64,000 nucleotides of DNA, taken from an uncultured virus (IMG/VR IMGVR_UViG_3300047157_000170) (lineage: Duplodnaviria > Heunggongvirae > Uroviricota > Caudoviricetes). A program made the position numbers and the translations under genes. How positions within the stretch are numbered: position 1 is the first letter of the stretch; each line of letters begins with the position of its first letter. The DNA lies in the IMG/VR virus record IMGVR_UViG_3300047157_000170; one strand, given 5' to 3'. A model generated the notes under the pieces. That model saw only the letters and a program-made list of their open reading frames with translations. It searched no databases and was not told the origin of the DNA. Shown piece after piece: positions 50,596-59,987 of this stretch.

Positions 50596-52275
50596 ATGAG
50601 TTCAAAAGTAAAAACCCCAGCTGGGTGGAATGAAACCAATGGATGGAGAGTTAAGACTCCAGCTGGCTGGAAGAAAGTAGTTGATGTAAAAAGAAAGACT
50701 CCATCTGGATGGGAATTCCAGACTGGAACTATACAGGTGCAACAACCTTTTACACAAACATATCAACAACCTTTTCAACAACCTTTTCAACAGGGATATC
50801 AACAACCCTATGAACAAACTATTAGTAGACCTACAACTTATGAGGTAACTATACCTAGACCTACTACTTTTCAAACTCCAAGACCTGCTAACTATGAGGT
50901 GACTATACCTAGACCCACTTCTTATGAAGTAACTATTCCAAGACCTACACAGGTACAGAATAGTAGACCAGCAAATTATCAGACTCCAAGACCTGCTAAC
51001 TATGAGGTGACTATACCTAGACCAACTTCTTATGAAGTGACTATACCTAGACCCACTTCTTACGAGGTAACTATTCCGAGACCAACACAGGTACAGAATA
51101 GTAGACCTACAAGTTATGAGGTGACTATACCTAGACCTACAAGTTATGAGGTGACTATACCTAGACCTACAAGTTATGAGGTAACTATACCTAGACCTAC
51201 AACTTATGAACAGACTATACCAAGACCTACAACTTATCAGATTCAAAATCATAGACCTCAACAGTATAATTATCAGATTCAAAATCATAGACCTCAACAG
51301 TATAATTATCAGATTCAAAATCATAGACCTGGCCAGTATAATTATCAGATTCAGAATGCTAGACCAACAACTTATCAGACTCAAGGACACTCTCATAGAC
51401 CAGTATCTAACCAACAAACATACCAAGTGAATTTACATACTGCGGCAAACCCTAAGTTTGGGGCAGGAGCCACTAATGCTCAGTTTCCTAATGCACAAAT
51501 GAATTGGGGTGGTACTGCATTACCTCAGTTTCAACCAGCTGGGCCTTGGGCACCAAATAATATTACTAGTCAACAACCTTATAATTATCAGATACAAAAT
51601 CATAGACCTGCTAATTACCAAACTCAAGGTCATGCTACTAGACCTACTAATTATCAGACACAAGGTCATTCAACTAGACCACAGAATTATCAGACACAAG
51701 GTCATTCAACTAGACCACAGAATTATCAGACACAAGGTCACAGACCTGCTAGTTATGAGGTGACTATACCTAGACCTGCTAGTTATGAACAGACTATTAA
51801 TAGACCAGCAAACTACGAACAAACGATTAATAGACCAGCAAACTACGAGCAAACGATTCCCAGACCTGCTAACTATCAAACTAGTAGACCTGCCAACTAT
51901 GAACAAACAATTAATAGACCTGCTAACTATGAACAGACTATTAATAGACCTGCTAGTTATGAACAAACAATACCTAGACCTACTCAGTTACAAAATAGTA
52001 GACCTACTAACTATCAAACTAGTAGACCAAGTACATTTGAACAAACTATTAATAGACCTTCAACATTTGAACAAACTATTCCTAGACCAACTCAGTTGCA
52101 AAACAATAGACCTGCTAACTTTGAACAGACTATCAGTAGACCTGCCAACTATGAAGTGACATTGACTAGACCAGCAAATAGGCCTAGTACTAGACCATCG
52201 ACTCGACCTTCAACAAGACCATCGACTCGACCAGTATCTACTTGGGATGGTGACTTGAATAAACCTTGGCCTTAA
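50596..52275 (+). CDS. Mirror-symmetric RP-repeat protein, probable fibre tip/needle
   Basis: N-terminal (V/R)KTPxGW x3; about 40 RP-initiated repeats of 4, 8, 10 or 12 aa arranged symmetrically around a unique central loop. Confidence 0.8.
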   Translation: MSSKVKTPAGWNETNGWRVKTPAGWKKVVDVKRKTPSGWEFQTGTIQVQQPFTQTYQQPFQQPFQQGYQQPYEQTISRPTTYEVTIPRPTTFQTPRPANYEVTIPRPTSYEVTIPRPTQVQNSRPANYQTPRPANYEVTIPRPTSYEVTIPRPTSYEVTIPRPTQVQNSRPTSYEVTIPRPTSYEVTIPRPTSYEVTIPRPTTYEQTIPRPTTYQIQNHRPQQYNYQIQNHRPQQYNYQIQNHRPGQYNYQIQNARPTTYQTQGHSHRPVSNQQTYQVNLHTAANPKFGAGATNAQFPNAQMNWGGTALPQFQPAGPWAPNNITSQQPYNYQIQNHRPANYQTQGHATRPTNYQTQGHSTRPQNYQTQGHSTRPQNYQTQGHRPASYEVTIPRPASYEQTINRPANYEQTINRPANYEQTIPRPANYQTSRPANYEQTINRPANYEQTINRPASYEQTIPRPTQLQNSRPTNYQTSRPSTFEQTINRPSTFEQTIPRPTQLQNNRPANFEQTISRPANYEVTLTRPANRPSTRPSTRPSTRPSTRPVSTWDGDLNKPWP

Positions 52276-52316
52276 ACCTTACTATATACTAGTACAGATT
52301 ATATTATGGAGTTATT

Positions 52317-52955
52317 ATGTTATTAATTTATGACCACGACAATGTTTTGCACATTACCAATGAAAAAGGACTTCGTTGGAATTATGACAAAGCAGACAAA
52401 CCACAATTTTCATTTGACTATGATTTTTTATTCTATATAGAACAAGATGAGTTATTTGAAATAGAATTAGGTGAAGAAACTTCTATAATAACAGATGAAC
52501 AACAATCTGAAATTTTAGAATATATAAACCTTTTAGAACCACCACTAAGTTTAACTCTTGCAAATCAGTATATAAAAGATTTAAGAAATGAAACAATTGA
52601 TAAAATCAATTATGTTCATGAAGAATTTACAAGAGGAATATGTGGATTTGACAGTACAGTAGATGTTGTTATTGCTGGTAGAGAAGGTTCTCAAGACCCT
52701 AGACGACAAGTTGCAAGAAGAATTATGGAATGGTGTGATTTTGCACATGGTTTATGTGAAAGAATGGTTGAAGAACTAGGAAAAACTTTAGATGAAGATT
52801 TAAAAGACTTTGGTCATTATATGCATAGTCTAGCAGAAATTCCTAGAGTAGGACACTTTATGGATGACTCACCAATCGATGAAAGATTTAACACCGATAC
52901 ACTAGATGTTAATGGTGGTGAGGATAAACTAGGTGAAGACAAAAAAGCAGTCTAA
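52317..52955 (+). CDS. Acidic hypothetical protein, possible fibre assembly chaperone
   Basis: 212 aa directly downstream of the repeat protein; GGAG RBS; function inferred from position only. Confidence 0.55.
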   Translation: MLLIYDHDNVLHITNEKGLRWNYDKADKPQFSFDYDFLFYIEQDELFEIELGEETSIITDEQQSEILEYINLLEPPLSLTLANQYIKDLRNETIDKINYVHEEFTRGICGFDSTVDVVIAGREGSQDPRRQVARRIMEWCDFAHGLCERMVEELGKTLDEDLKDFGHYMHSLAEIPRVGHFMDDSPIDERFNTDTLDVNGGEDKLGEDKKAV

Positions 52956-53838
52956 TAAACCAAAAAAACTTTCTGGTATAGGACATCATAATTATGATGA
53001 ATATCTTGATAATTATGCATGGTTAGATAAACCACTTAATATTGAATATCTAAACAAACCTAAACCGATAGAATCTCTTCCTTTTAAACAAGTATGGGTA
53101 ATTGATAATTATCTATCACCAGCTATATGGAGTTCGTGGAGAGAACATAGAGATGCATCAAAAAATTGGGGAAGACAAAATAAAGTTTTTAGGAATAATG
53201 AAACTCAACATTTGTATTGGGGTGAAGCTGTATACATAAATGTTGGTGAAAGTGGTAGAAGTCATGATGGGAATGCATTAAAAGATACCTATGGTAATGG
53301 TAAGATGGTTAGTTATGCATTGTATAACTATAATAATCCTAGATTTTTAACATCTTCTTGGAAGGAAAATGTTCTTGCAAGAGAACATGAAGGATATAGA
53401 CATTCTCATATTGATTGGTTTATTCATAAACTAAGACAAGATTTTAGATTTAATTGGGAGTACTTTCAATATTGTGGTTTCAATGGACAAACTATTGGAC
53501 AAGATGGTACAGTACATGAAGATACACATTTAAACGATTCTGCTCTTACTAATTTATCATTCTTATATTATGACCAAGAATATTGGGAAGATGACTGGGG
53601 TGGTGATTTAATTTTTTACAATAGAGAATATCATGACCATAGTGTCACAGGTATTCCAGAAGATGAAGACCAATACGAAATAGGTAGATTACAATATAAA
53701 CCTAATCGATTGGTAGTAATGAATGGTGCAATAACACATAGACATCCAGCACCATCAGCCGAATATACTAAGGAAAATGGATTTCCTTTTAGAACAAGTA
53801 TGGTTGTTCGTGGAGACAGATGTAGTCTTTTTGAGTAA
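52933..53838 (+). CDS. 2OG-Fe(II) oxygenase (prolyl-4-hydroxylase-like)
   Basis: VIDNYL, NGQT.GQDGTVHED, W..DWGG.L.F, YKPNRLV...G.I.HR...P...FRTS. Confidence 0.85.
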   Translation: MKTKKQSNKPKKLSGIGHHNYDEYLDNYAWLDKPLNIEYLNKPKPIESLPFKQVWVIDNYLSPAIWSSWREHRDASKNWGRQNKVFRNNETQHLYWGEAVYINVGESGRSHDGNALKDTYGNGKMVSYALYNYNNPRFLTSSWKENVLAREHEGYRHSHIDWFIHKLRQDFRFNWEYFQYCGFNGQTIGQDGTVHEDTHLNDSALTNLSFLYYDQEYWEDDWGGDLIFYNREYHDHSVTGIPEDEDQYEIGRLQYKPNRLVVMNGAITHRHPAPSAEYTKENGFPFRTSMVVRGDRCSLFE

Positions 53839-53852
53839 CCATAAGTAATAGT

Positions 53853-54641
53853 ATGAAAACAAAAACAATTTTAATTATGGGACTGCCTGGCAGTGGAAAA
53901 ACTTACATCTCAAAATGTCTACTTGAACATTTAGATGCAGACCATTTTAATGCAGATGCAGTCCGAGCCCAACACAATGATTGGGATTTCTCAGAAGAAG
54001 GTAGAATGAGACAAGTACATAGGATGAAAGACCTATGTAGAGAATCCGAAAAACCATATGCAATTATGGATTTCGTATGTCCATTTACTCAAGGTCGACA
54101 AATTTTAAATCCAGATTATATAATCTTTATGGATACAATCGATAAAGGTAGATATGCAGATACTAATAAAGCATTTCAAAGACCTTTAAAAAATGAAATA
54201 GATTATCTGGTAGAAGACCAGAATGGTGAACTTCATTCAGAAGTTATTGCAAGAGAAATACTTGCAGAAAATAAAAGGTTTGATGAAAATAAACCTACTA
54301 CACAAATGTTAGGTAGATTTCAACCTTTTCATGATGGTCATCATGCACTGTTTAAAAGATGTTTTGATAAAACAGGACAAGTAGTAATTATGGTTCGTGC
54401 AATGGAAAACACTGCAAAGAATCCATTTGACTTCAAGACAGTAAAACAAAATATTAAAATGTTTTTACTAGGAGAAGGATACGAAGAAAATATACACTAT
54501 ATTATACAGAAAGTACCAAACATTGTCAACATAACATATGGAAGAGATGTGGGGTACAAGATAGAAGAAGAGTCTTTTGATAAAGAGACAGAATCAATCT
54601 CTGCAACAGAGATTCGGAGACAACTTGGATACTCACAGTAA
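53853..54641 (+). CDS. Adenylylsulfate-kinase-like P-loop kinase fused to a HIGH-type nucleotidyltransferase domain
   Basis: MGLPGSGKT, NAD.VR...DWDFS.EGR.RQ, DFVCP; second domain LGRFQPFHDGH...ISATEIR. Confidence 0.8.
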   Translation: MKTKTILIMGLPGSGKTYISKCLLEHLDADHFNADAVRAQHNDWDFSEEGRMRQVHRMKDLCRESEKPYAIMDFVCPFTQGRQILNPDYIIFMDTIDKGRYADTNKAFQRPLKNEIDYLVEDQNGELHSEVIAREILAENKRFDENKPTTQMLGRFQPFHDGHHALFKRCFDKTGQVVIMVRAMENTAKNPFDFKTVKQNIKMFLLGEGYEENIHYIIQKVPNIVNITYGRDVGYKIEEESFDKETESISATEIRRQLGYSQ

Positions 54642-54813
54642 GTCAATTGCAAAAGCATTTTCATGGAGAATTATTGCAACAGTTACTACTGGATTAATTA
54701 GTTATTTTCTTACAGGTTCAGTTGAGGTTGCAGCTGGTATTATGACTTTTGACTTCTTCTTAAAATTATTATTATATTATTTACATGAGCGAATATGGAC
54801 AAATGCCCAATAA
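54625..54813 (+). CDS. DUF2061-like small membrane protein
   Basis: TH.KSIAKA.SWRIIAT..T..I.Y..TG...A......K..LYY.HERIW. Confidence 0.8.
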   Translation: MDTHSKSIAKAFSWRIIATVTTGLISYFLTGSVEVAAGIMTFDFFLKLLLYYLHERIWTNAQ

Positions 54814-55690
54814 AAGAAATGGAAATACTATTTGAATGTGTCCAAGACACAGAGAATAGTTTATTTGAACCCATTCCAGCAAAGAAAGTTAGACCAGAGT
54901 GGTTCAAGAAACTACCTTTGTATATAGATAATTTTAATGAAACATCTGAAACTATAAAGAAATGTCCAGCTATGCAAGATTGGATGAACATGGGTTATCT
55001 AATTAGAAATAGACATACTGTTCTTGTTGCATTGCAGTACAGGTGATAAGGACAAATGAACCAATATCACTTGCACTTGCACTAAGAGATGATATTCCAA
55101 AAGATAAGTTTAAAAAACTTAGAGAACTGGTTAGGGAATTTAATAAAACTGGTAGTTTAGATGAGACTGATAGAATACATGAGTATTGTATGACACAGAA
55201 ACTTCTTGTAGAGGAACTAACAGGTAATTATGTTATGGGTGGTCATCCAGCTGCTCAAACAAGAGGTAGTGGTTTTGATGATAAGATGGCATTTAAATTT
55301 AAGTTGGATTTTTTAATAACAACACCTAAAGGAACTTCTACATATTGGTTAGACCCATTTTTATTTAATAATCCATTCTTTCATGCATGGCAAGGAATAA
55401 TAGATACCGACTCATTTAATCAAATAACAACTAATAATATGTGTATTTTTTATCCCAAAGCAGATAATAGTTTTATTATACCAAAAGGTACACCAATCGT
55501 ACAAGTTGTACCTTTTGTAAGATATCCATGGAAACACAAAATTGAATATCGTACAAGAGAAGAACTTTTAGAAAAAATGAATGACCCAATTGTAGATTTA
55601 CTTGAAAAACGAGGTCGTGGTAAAAATAAAATTAAAGACCATGAACATTTTTATAGAAAAAAACTTGCATCTAAAAAGGAGTGGAACTAA
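54795..55690 (+). CDS. Conserved marine-phage protein (DUF6065-like), split by a probable indel near 55040
   Basis: P.PAKK..PEWFK.L, TIKKCP...D....GY; TPKG.S, GIIDTD, IPKGTP.VQ..PF. Confidence 0.65.
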
Positions 55691-56400
55691 TGTTTTTACC
55701 AATGTTTTCATGGAATGTTTTCAGAACAAATCTTGTAGATGAGGGATACATTACTCATGAACAACTTAATGCAATGAAGAAAGAGTCCTATACCATGAGG
55801 AAAGAAAATCCAGTTGGTAGGAATCGTTCTAATAATGCATCTGGTTGGCAGTCCGATGATGGTGTAAACAATAGACCTATATTCCAGTCTTTGTTGAATG
55901 GTGTTGAATCTGTTTTTAATAATGAAGTTTTTCCCTATTATATGGGAGAATATAAGAATGATTATGAATTAGAACATGGTAACTATTGGGTAAATATTAA
56001 TTACAATACTTCATACAATAATCCTCATACACATCCTGGCTGCTGGTATAGTGGTGCATTCTATGTACAGATACCAGAAGAAACTAAAAATGATGGATGG
56101 GTACAATTCTTGAGAGGTCAAACACATCATATGTCAGACTTTTCACATATGTCTCGAAGAGATGCAGATAATTTTGGGTTTATACCAAGAGAAGGTGACT
56201 TATTACTATTCCCTTCTGCAATGATACATTATGTAGAACCACATAGTAGTGACTTCGAAAGGATATCTATTGCATTTAATAATAGTTTTAGAAATATTCA
56301 CACTGGTGATTTAAACCAAGCAATGAATGGAAAACCAACATTTAACGATGTCTTAGAGTTTAATGTCTTACCAGATGGAAATCTTGAATTCCCTAAATAA
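55681..56400 (+). CDS. Putative 2OG-Fe(II) oxygenase (TIGR02466-like)
   Basis: SN..GWQS, WVNIN...SYN.PHTHP....SG.FYV, P.EGDLLLFPS...HYVEP....ERISIAFN. Confidence 0.88.
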   Translation: MELMFLPMFSWNVFRTNLVDEGYITHEQLNAMKKESYTMRKENPVGRNRSNNASGWQSDDGVNNRPIFQSLLNGVESVFNNEVFPYYMGEYKNDYELEHGNYWVNINYNTSYNNPHTHPGCWYSGAFYVQIPEETKNDGWVQFLRGQTHHMSDFSHMSRRDADNFGFIPREGDLLLFPSAMIHYVEPHSSDFERISIAFNNSFRNIHTGDLNQAMNGKPTFNDVLEFNVLPDGNLEFPK

Positions 56401-56439
56401 CCTTATACAATCAACCTTTTTAGGCATCTTAGGAGAATC

Positions 56440-56691
56440 ATGGAATTGGAATCAATACATTTACTTTGGAATTTAGTTCTAACTGGAATCGTAGCCCCAT
56501 TTGTGTGGTTCATAATGCAGTTACACAACGAGACAAAACGACTAGAAATATTACTGAATCGTACAAGAGAAGAAATGAATCGTGATTTTGTTTCTAAAGA
56601 AGACTTAAAGAGAGACATGGAAAGAATGATGGACTCTTTAGACAACATCAATAAAAAAATAGACGATTTTTTACTTTCAAATCAAAAATAA
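56440..56691 (+). CDS. Small single-TM coiled-coil protein
   Basis: LWN..LT...AP..W......E.KR..ILLNRTREE....V.K.D; AGGAG RBS. Confidence 0.7.
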   Translation: MELESIHLLWNLVLTGIVAPFVWFIMQLHNETKRLEILLNRTREEMNRDFVSKEDLKRDMERMMDSLDNINKKIDDFLLSNQK

Positions 56692-56735
56692 CATAAATAG
56701 TATTAGAGAAAATAAATTTCTAATAGGATTATGTT

Positions 56736-57551
56736 ATGGCAGCTCCAAACAGCAAAGCAACACTTAAAGAATATGCATTAAGACAACTGGGTAAACCAGT
56801 GTTAGATATCAATGTAGATGATGACCAGATTGATGATATCATCGATGATGCATTACAATATTTTGCAGAGTACCACTATGATGGTACTATTCGTACATTT
56901 TTAAAACATAAAATTAATGATAACGACCTTGCAAACCAAAAATCAAATGCAAGTATAGGTCAATCAACTACTGGTTCACATATATCAACTAATATGACAT
57001 ATGAAGAAGGACAAGGATATGTTGTTCTTCCAGAATCAGTATTATCAGTATTAAGAATATTTCCATTTGTAGATAAGTCTGGACTTAATATGTTTGACTT
57101 AAGATATCAATTAAGACTAAACGACCTTTACGATATCTCTTCTACATCTATCATACAATATGAAATGGTACAAAACCATATTCAATTATTGGACGAAATT
57201 CTAATCGGACAAGTTCCAATTAGATTTAATAAAGCACAAAACAGATTATACTTAGATATGGATTGGACAGCTGCAGTTACAGCTGGTGAATATATTTTGA
57301 TAGATTGTTATAGAAAAATAGACCCAACACAATTTACAGACATATACAACGATGTTTGGTTAAAAAAATATGTCACTGCATTAATTAAAAAACAATGGGG
57401 TCAGAACTTATCTAAGTTCGAAGGAATTCAATTGCCTGGCGGAGTTACTCTACAGGGTAGACAAATCCTAGAAGATGCAAACACAGAAATTGAAAAGCTA
57501 GAAGAACAAAGTAATTTATTACAAACCGAATCTGCTCTAATGATGGGTTAA
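56736..57551 (+). CDS. 13: Neck protein gp13
   Basis: LK.YALR.LG.PV..INVDDDQ, HYDG, WLKKY.TALIK.QWG.NL.KF.G.QLPGGVT. Confidence 0.96.
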   Translation: MAAPNSKATLKEYALRQLGKPVLDINVDDDQIDDIIDDALQYFAEYHYDGTIRTFLKHKINDNDLANQKSNASIGQSTTGSHISTNMTYEEGQGYVVLPESVLSVLRIFPFVDKSGLNMFDLRYQLRLNDLYDISSTSIIQYEMVQNHIQLLDEILIGQVPIRFNKAQNRLYLDMDWTAAVTAGEYILIDCYRKIDPTQFTDIYNDVWLKKYVTALIKKQWGQNLSKFEGIQLPGGVTLQGRQILEDANTEIEKLEEQSNLLQTESALMMG

Positions 57552-57555
57552 TATT

Positions 57556-58473
57556 ATGCCTACAAATGTATATTTTAATCATGCAGTTCAATCAGAACAA
57601 AATTTGCATGAAGACTTGGTAGTAGAATCTCTTAGATTCTATGGACATGAGTGTTATTACTTACCACGAACAATCGTGGATGAGGATGAACTCTTTGGTG
57701 AAGATACAGCATCTAAGTATGGTGATGCATATCAAGTAGAAATGTACATAGAAAATACCGAAGGATTTGATGGTGAGGGAGACCTACTATCTAAATTTGG
57801 TGTAGAGGTAAGAGACCAAGCAACTTTTGTTCTATCAAGAAGAACATGGGATAGATTTGTATCATTAGATTCTAACCTTGCAGTAACAACAAGACCCAAC
57901 GAAGGTGATTTAATTTACTTTCCTCTGGGAAACCAAGTATTTGAAATAAGATTTGTAGAACATGAGAACCCATTCTACCAGTTGGGTAAACTTAATGTAT
58001 TCAAACTACAATGTGAAACCTTCGAATACTCACATGAAGAGATTGATGTCGGTATTGCAGAACTAGATAATATCGAAGACCAATTCTCATATCAAGTATC
58101 AATGACACTTGGTGCTGGTTCTGGAGACTTTGTAGTAGGTGAAACTGTAACACAAACAGTTGCAACTGGTAAAACTGTATCTGGTAATGTAGTAGATTAC
58201 TCATCTCAAGGTGCAACTTCTAAAACACTTAAAGTTAATAATATTACATTTAGTGATACAGATGTACCAACTGGTAGTACTATGTTTGTATTATCTGCAC
58301 AAGCAGGTGCTGGTAATATTGTAGGTGCAACTTCTAATGCTACCAGAGCAATTACAACTGCACCAGACCAATATGCAATGCCTAATGACCCACTTGCAGA
58401 TAATAAAGACTTTGAAACAGCAGGTTCTAATATCATAGACTTTAGTGAAAGCAACCCATTTGGAAACCTATAA
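57556..58473 (+). CDS. 14: Neck protein gp14
   Basis: EQ.L.EDLV.ES...YG...YYLPR, SKFG.E.RD, RP.EGDLIYFP, FYQLGK, DFSE.NPFG. Confidence 0.96.
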   Translation: MPTNVYFNHAVQSEQNLHEDLVVESLRFYGHECYYLPRTIVDEDELFGEDTASKYGDAYQVEMYIENTEGFDGEGDLLSKFGVEVRDQATFVLSRRTWDRFVSLDSNLAVTTRPNEGDLIYFPLGNQVFEIRFVEHENPFYQLGKLNVFKLQCETFEYSHEEIDVGIAELDNIEDQFSYQVSMTLGAGSGDFVVGETVTQTVATGKTVSGNVVDYSSQGATSKTLKVNNITFSDTDVPTGSTMFVLSAQAGAGNIVGATSNATRAITTAPDQYAMPNDPLADNKDFETAGSNIIDFSESNPFGNL

Positions 58474-58481
58474 ATATAATT

Positions 58482-58730
58482 ATGGCAATATGGTATTTGA
58501 ATATGTTACAAGAAGATGAAAAAAGAATGAAAGATTTTGACCAAAAGTATCACGATTATTGGCAAAGTAATCGAAGAGCAGAAGTATATAAAAGTGTTCA
58601 AGGACATTGGGGTGTTCGATTCTTCGAAGACAAGATGTGGGTAACAGATGAAATATATAAAGGACATAGTGAAGTATATGCAGAATCAGCTGCAGAGAAT
58701 TATGTATTAGGAATCAAAAATGTTAGGTAA
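58482..58730 (+). CDS. Hypothetical protein
   Basis: S..YAE.AAENYVLG motif; late promoter TATAAATA at 58469. Confidence 0.7.
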   Translation: MAIWYLNMLQEDEKRMKDFDQKYHDYWQSNRRAEVYKSVQGHWGVRFFEDKMWVTDEIYKGHSEVYAESAAENYVLGIKNVR

Positions 58731-59544
58731 AGCACATTTCTATCATGAAGCAATCAAAAGAGCAGTATCAGTATTTGGTACTATGTTCAATGAGATTGAT
58801 ATTCAAAGAGATGTTGATGGGTCAGCAACTCAGAATGTAAGAGTTCCTTTATCTTATGGCCCTAAACAAAAGTTTATTGCAAGATTAGATTCTGCCGCAG
58901 ACCTTATGGACAATACAAAGTCAAGGGTTGCAATGACTTTACCAAGAATTGCATTTGATATTACAGGATTAACATACGATGCAGAAAGAAAACTTGGTAA
59001 ATTAAAACAGTACAAACTGCATGATAGTAGTGATAATTCAGTTTTAAGAACACAGTTTGCACCAGTTCCTTATAATATAAACTTTGGTTTATATGTTCTA
59101 TCAAAGAATACCGAAGATGCATTACAGATTGTAGAACAAATTCTACCATTCTTTACACCAGACTTTACAGTTACAATGACTACAGTGCCAGGCACTAATG
59201 AGAAAAGGGATGTACCTATTATATTATCAGATGTATCTTATACAGACGAATACGAAGGAGACTTCCAATCTCGTAGAGTTATTACATGGAATCTAAATTT
59301 TGAAATGAAAACATACCTATATGGTTCTATATCATCTTCTGAAATTATTAGAGATGTTCGTGCAAGAACCTATATATCAGACGATGGTCAAGTAGACTCG
59401 ACTGCTGGGAGACAAAGTGAGATTAAACAAGTACCTAATCCAACTGGTGCAAGTCCAGAAACAAGTCCACTAAATATAACTGAAACAATAAACTTTTTTG
59501 ATGGGAATGACTCAGACTATAATACTGATAAAACCAATATTTAA
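58720..59544 (+). CDS. 15: Tail sheath stabiliser/terminator gp15
   Basis: FYHE.I...V..FGT.FN.I, VPL.YGPKQKF.AR, LPR..F, PVPYN, QI.EQILP.F.P. Confidence 0.96.
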   Translation: MLGKAHFYHEAIKRAVSVFGTMFNEIDIQRDVDGSATQNVRVPLSYGPKQKFIARLDSAADLMDNTKSRVAMTLPRIAFDITGLTYDAERKLGKLKQYKLHDSSDNSVLRTQFAPVPYNINFGLYVLSKNTEDALQIVEQILPFFTPDFTVTMTTVPGTNEKRDVPIILSDVSYTDEYEGDFQSRRVITWNLNFEMKTYLYGSISSSEIIRDVRARTYISDDGQVDSTAGRQSEIKQVPNPTGASPETSPLNITETINFFDGNDSDYNTDKTNI

Positions 59545-59546
59545 TT

Positions 59547-59987
59547 ATGAAAAAATCTATAGATGAAAAACTAGATGAACTTCTAGACATCAACAACGAA
59601 GCAGAAGAAGTCGTTAAAGAAACCAATAAACAACTCATTCCTAGGGACTCTGGTGGTCGTTTTGCAGAAAGGAAGGGTGAACAACAGGTTGACTATAAAT
59701 ACACCAGAAACACGCTGTATGGACTTGTAGAGAGGGGTCAAGATGCTATTGAAGGAATCCTAGACCTTGCAAAAGAAAGTGAACATCCGCGAACCTATGA
59801 GGTCGCAGGACAATTAATTAAAACAGTATCCGAAACATCTGAAAAGTTATTACAAATACAAAAGATGATGGACGATTTAGAAGATGATAAACCCAAACAC
59901 CAAACAACAAATCAAAACTTGTTTGTAGGGTCTACTGCTGAATTGCAGAAACTATTGAAGAAACAGAATGCCGAAACCGAAGAATGA
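59547..59987 (+). CDS. 16: Terminase small subunit gp16
   Basis: DY.Y.R..LY.L.E.G..AI.G...A.E..HPR.YEV.GQLIK, FVGSTAELQK. Confidence 0.95.
   Translation: MKKSIDEKLDELLDINNEAEEVVKETNKQLIPRDSGGRFAERKGEQQVDYKYTRNTLYGLVERGQDAIEGILDLAKESEHPRTYEVAGQLIKTVSETSEKLLQIQKMMDDLEDDKPKHQTTNQNLFVGSTAELQKLLKKQNAETEE

Noticed and set aside
41137..51426. Long antisense ORFs (41137..41967, 47851..48399, 48607..49236, 50602..51426)
   Set aside because: Shadows of biased or repetitive codon usage in the fibre genes; no RBS or recognisable protein features
50820..52230. Roughly 30-nt periodic DNA repeats (..CTATACCTAGACCTAC..) resembling a CRISPR or tandem array
   Set aside because: Unit lengths are multiples of 3, variation is largely synonymous, there are no unique spacers and no cas genes; this is the coding repeat of ORF 50596
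39902..52275. Diversity-generating retroelement acting on fibres
   Set aside because: No reverse transcriptase, and no template/variable repeat pair differing at adenines was seen
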